DNA of 63,136 nucleotides, counting the filler, from Octopus bimaculoides (taxonomy: Eukaryota), in the NCBI RefSeq assembly GCF_001194135.2. It is 7 parts of 6 records of this genome, joined end to end, with 100 filler letters (N's around TTAATTAATTAA, not from the genome) between each part and the next. Parts side by side here need not be neighbours in the genome. Positions count along the whole stretch, not along the records: positions 61,191 to 63,136 come from NW_026395717.1; 6 more parts are not named here. One strand, given 5' to 3'. Shown here piece after piece: positions 62,938 through 63,136 of the stretch. How positions within the stretch are numbered: the first letter of the stretch is position 1; each line of letters opens with the position of its first letter. The position numbers were made by a program, and so were the translations under genes. Below the pieces are notes generated by a model, which saw only the letters and a list, made by a program, of their open reading frames with translations, ran no database searches and was not told the origin of the DNA.

Positions 62938-63100
62938 CAGGCGTGATTGTGTGTAAGAAGCTTGCTTCTCAATCACATGCTTCCGGGCTCAGTCCCACTG
63001 CGTGGCACCTTGGTCAAGTTTATTCTACCATTTCTTCAGGTCGCTCGAAGCCTTGTTAGTGGATTTGGTAGGTGGAAACTGAAAGAAGCTTGTCGTATAT
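62938..63100 (+). mobile_element. SINE family B 5' half
   Basis: GCAGGCGTGATTGTGTGTAAGAAGCTTGCTTCTCAATCACATG..CTCAGTCCCACTGCGTGGCACCTTGGTCAAG..GGATTTGGTAGGTGGAAACTGAAAGAAGCTTGTCG. Confidence 0.8.
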
Positions 63101-63136
63101 AAGTGTGTGTGTTTAAGTAATTATATATATATATAT

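Overview
This is AT-rich, gap-riddled animal genomic DNA, most likely an Octopus-type cephalopod assembly (inferred from the SINE families, RTE/CR1/R4/Penelope content and very high microsatellite density). Most of the window is transposon debris: three to four tRNA-derived SINE families; RTE, CR1-group and R4/Dong-type LINE fragments; several Penelope-like (GIY-YIG) fragments with hammerhead-ribozyme motifs; the 3' end and LTR of a Gypsy element; an internally deleted Helitron; a complete but degenerate Tc1; mariner and hAT fragments; and several MITEs. No host gene is recognisable by homology. However, a phase-compatible chain of six small minus-strand exons (25576 to 18705) gives an unidentified 123-aa ORF. 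The most notable observations are: (i) a tRNA-headed SINE-like element whose tail is a minimal hammerhead ribozyme; (ii) a 217-bp palindromic double-hammerhead insertion with a 12-bp target-site duplication; (iii) an open LINE ORF1 (CCHC knuckle) carrying an in-frame copy of an adjacent Gypsy pol segment; (iv) a 5'-inverted RTE insertion; (v) a SINE tail shared with a CR1-group LINE. All family assignments come from motif recognition by eye; no database searches were run. The TTAATTAATTAA 12-mers inside N-runs are assembly linkers, and the X-filled or microsatellite ORFs in the track are not genes.
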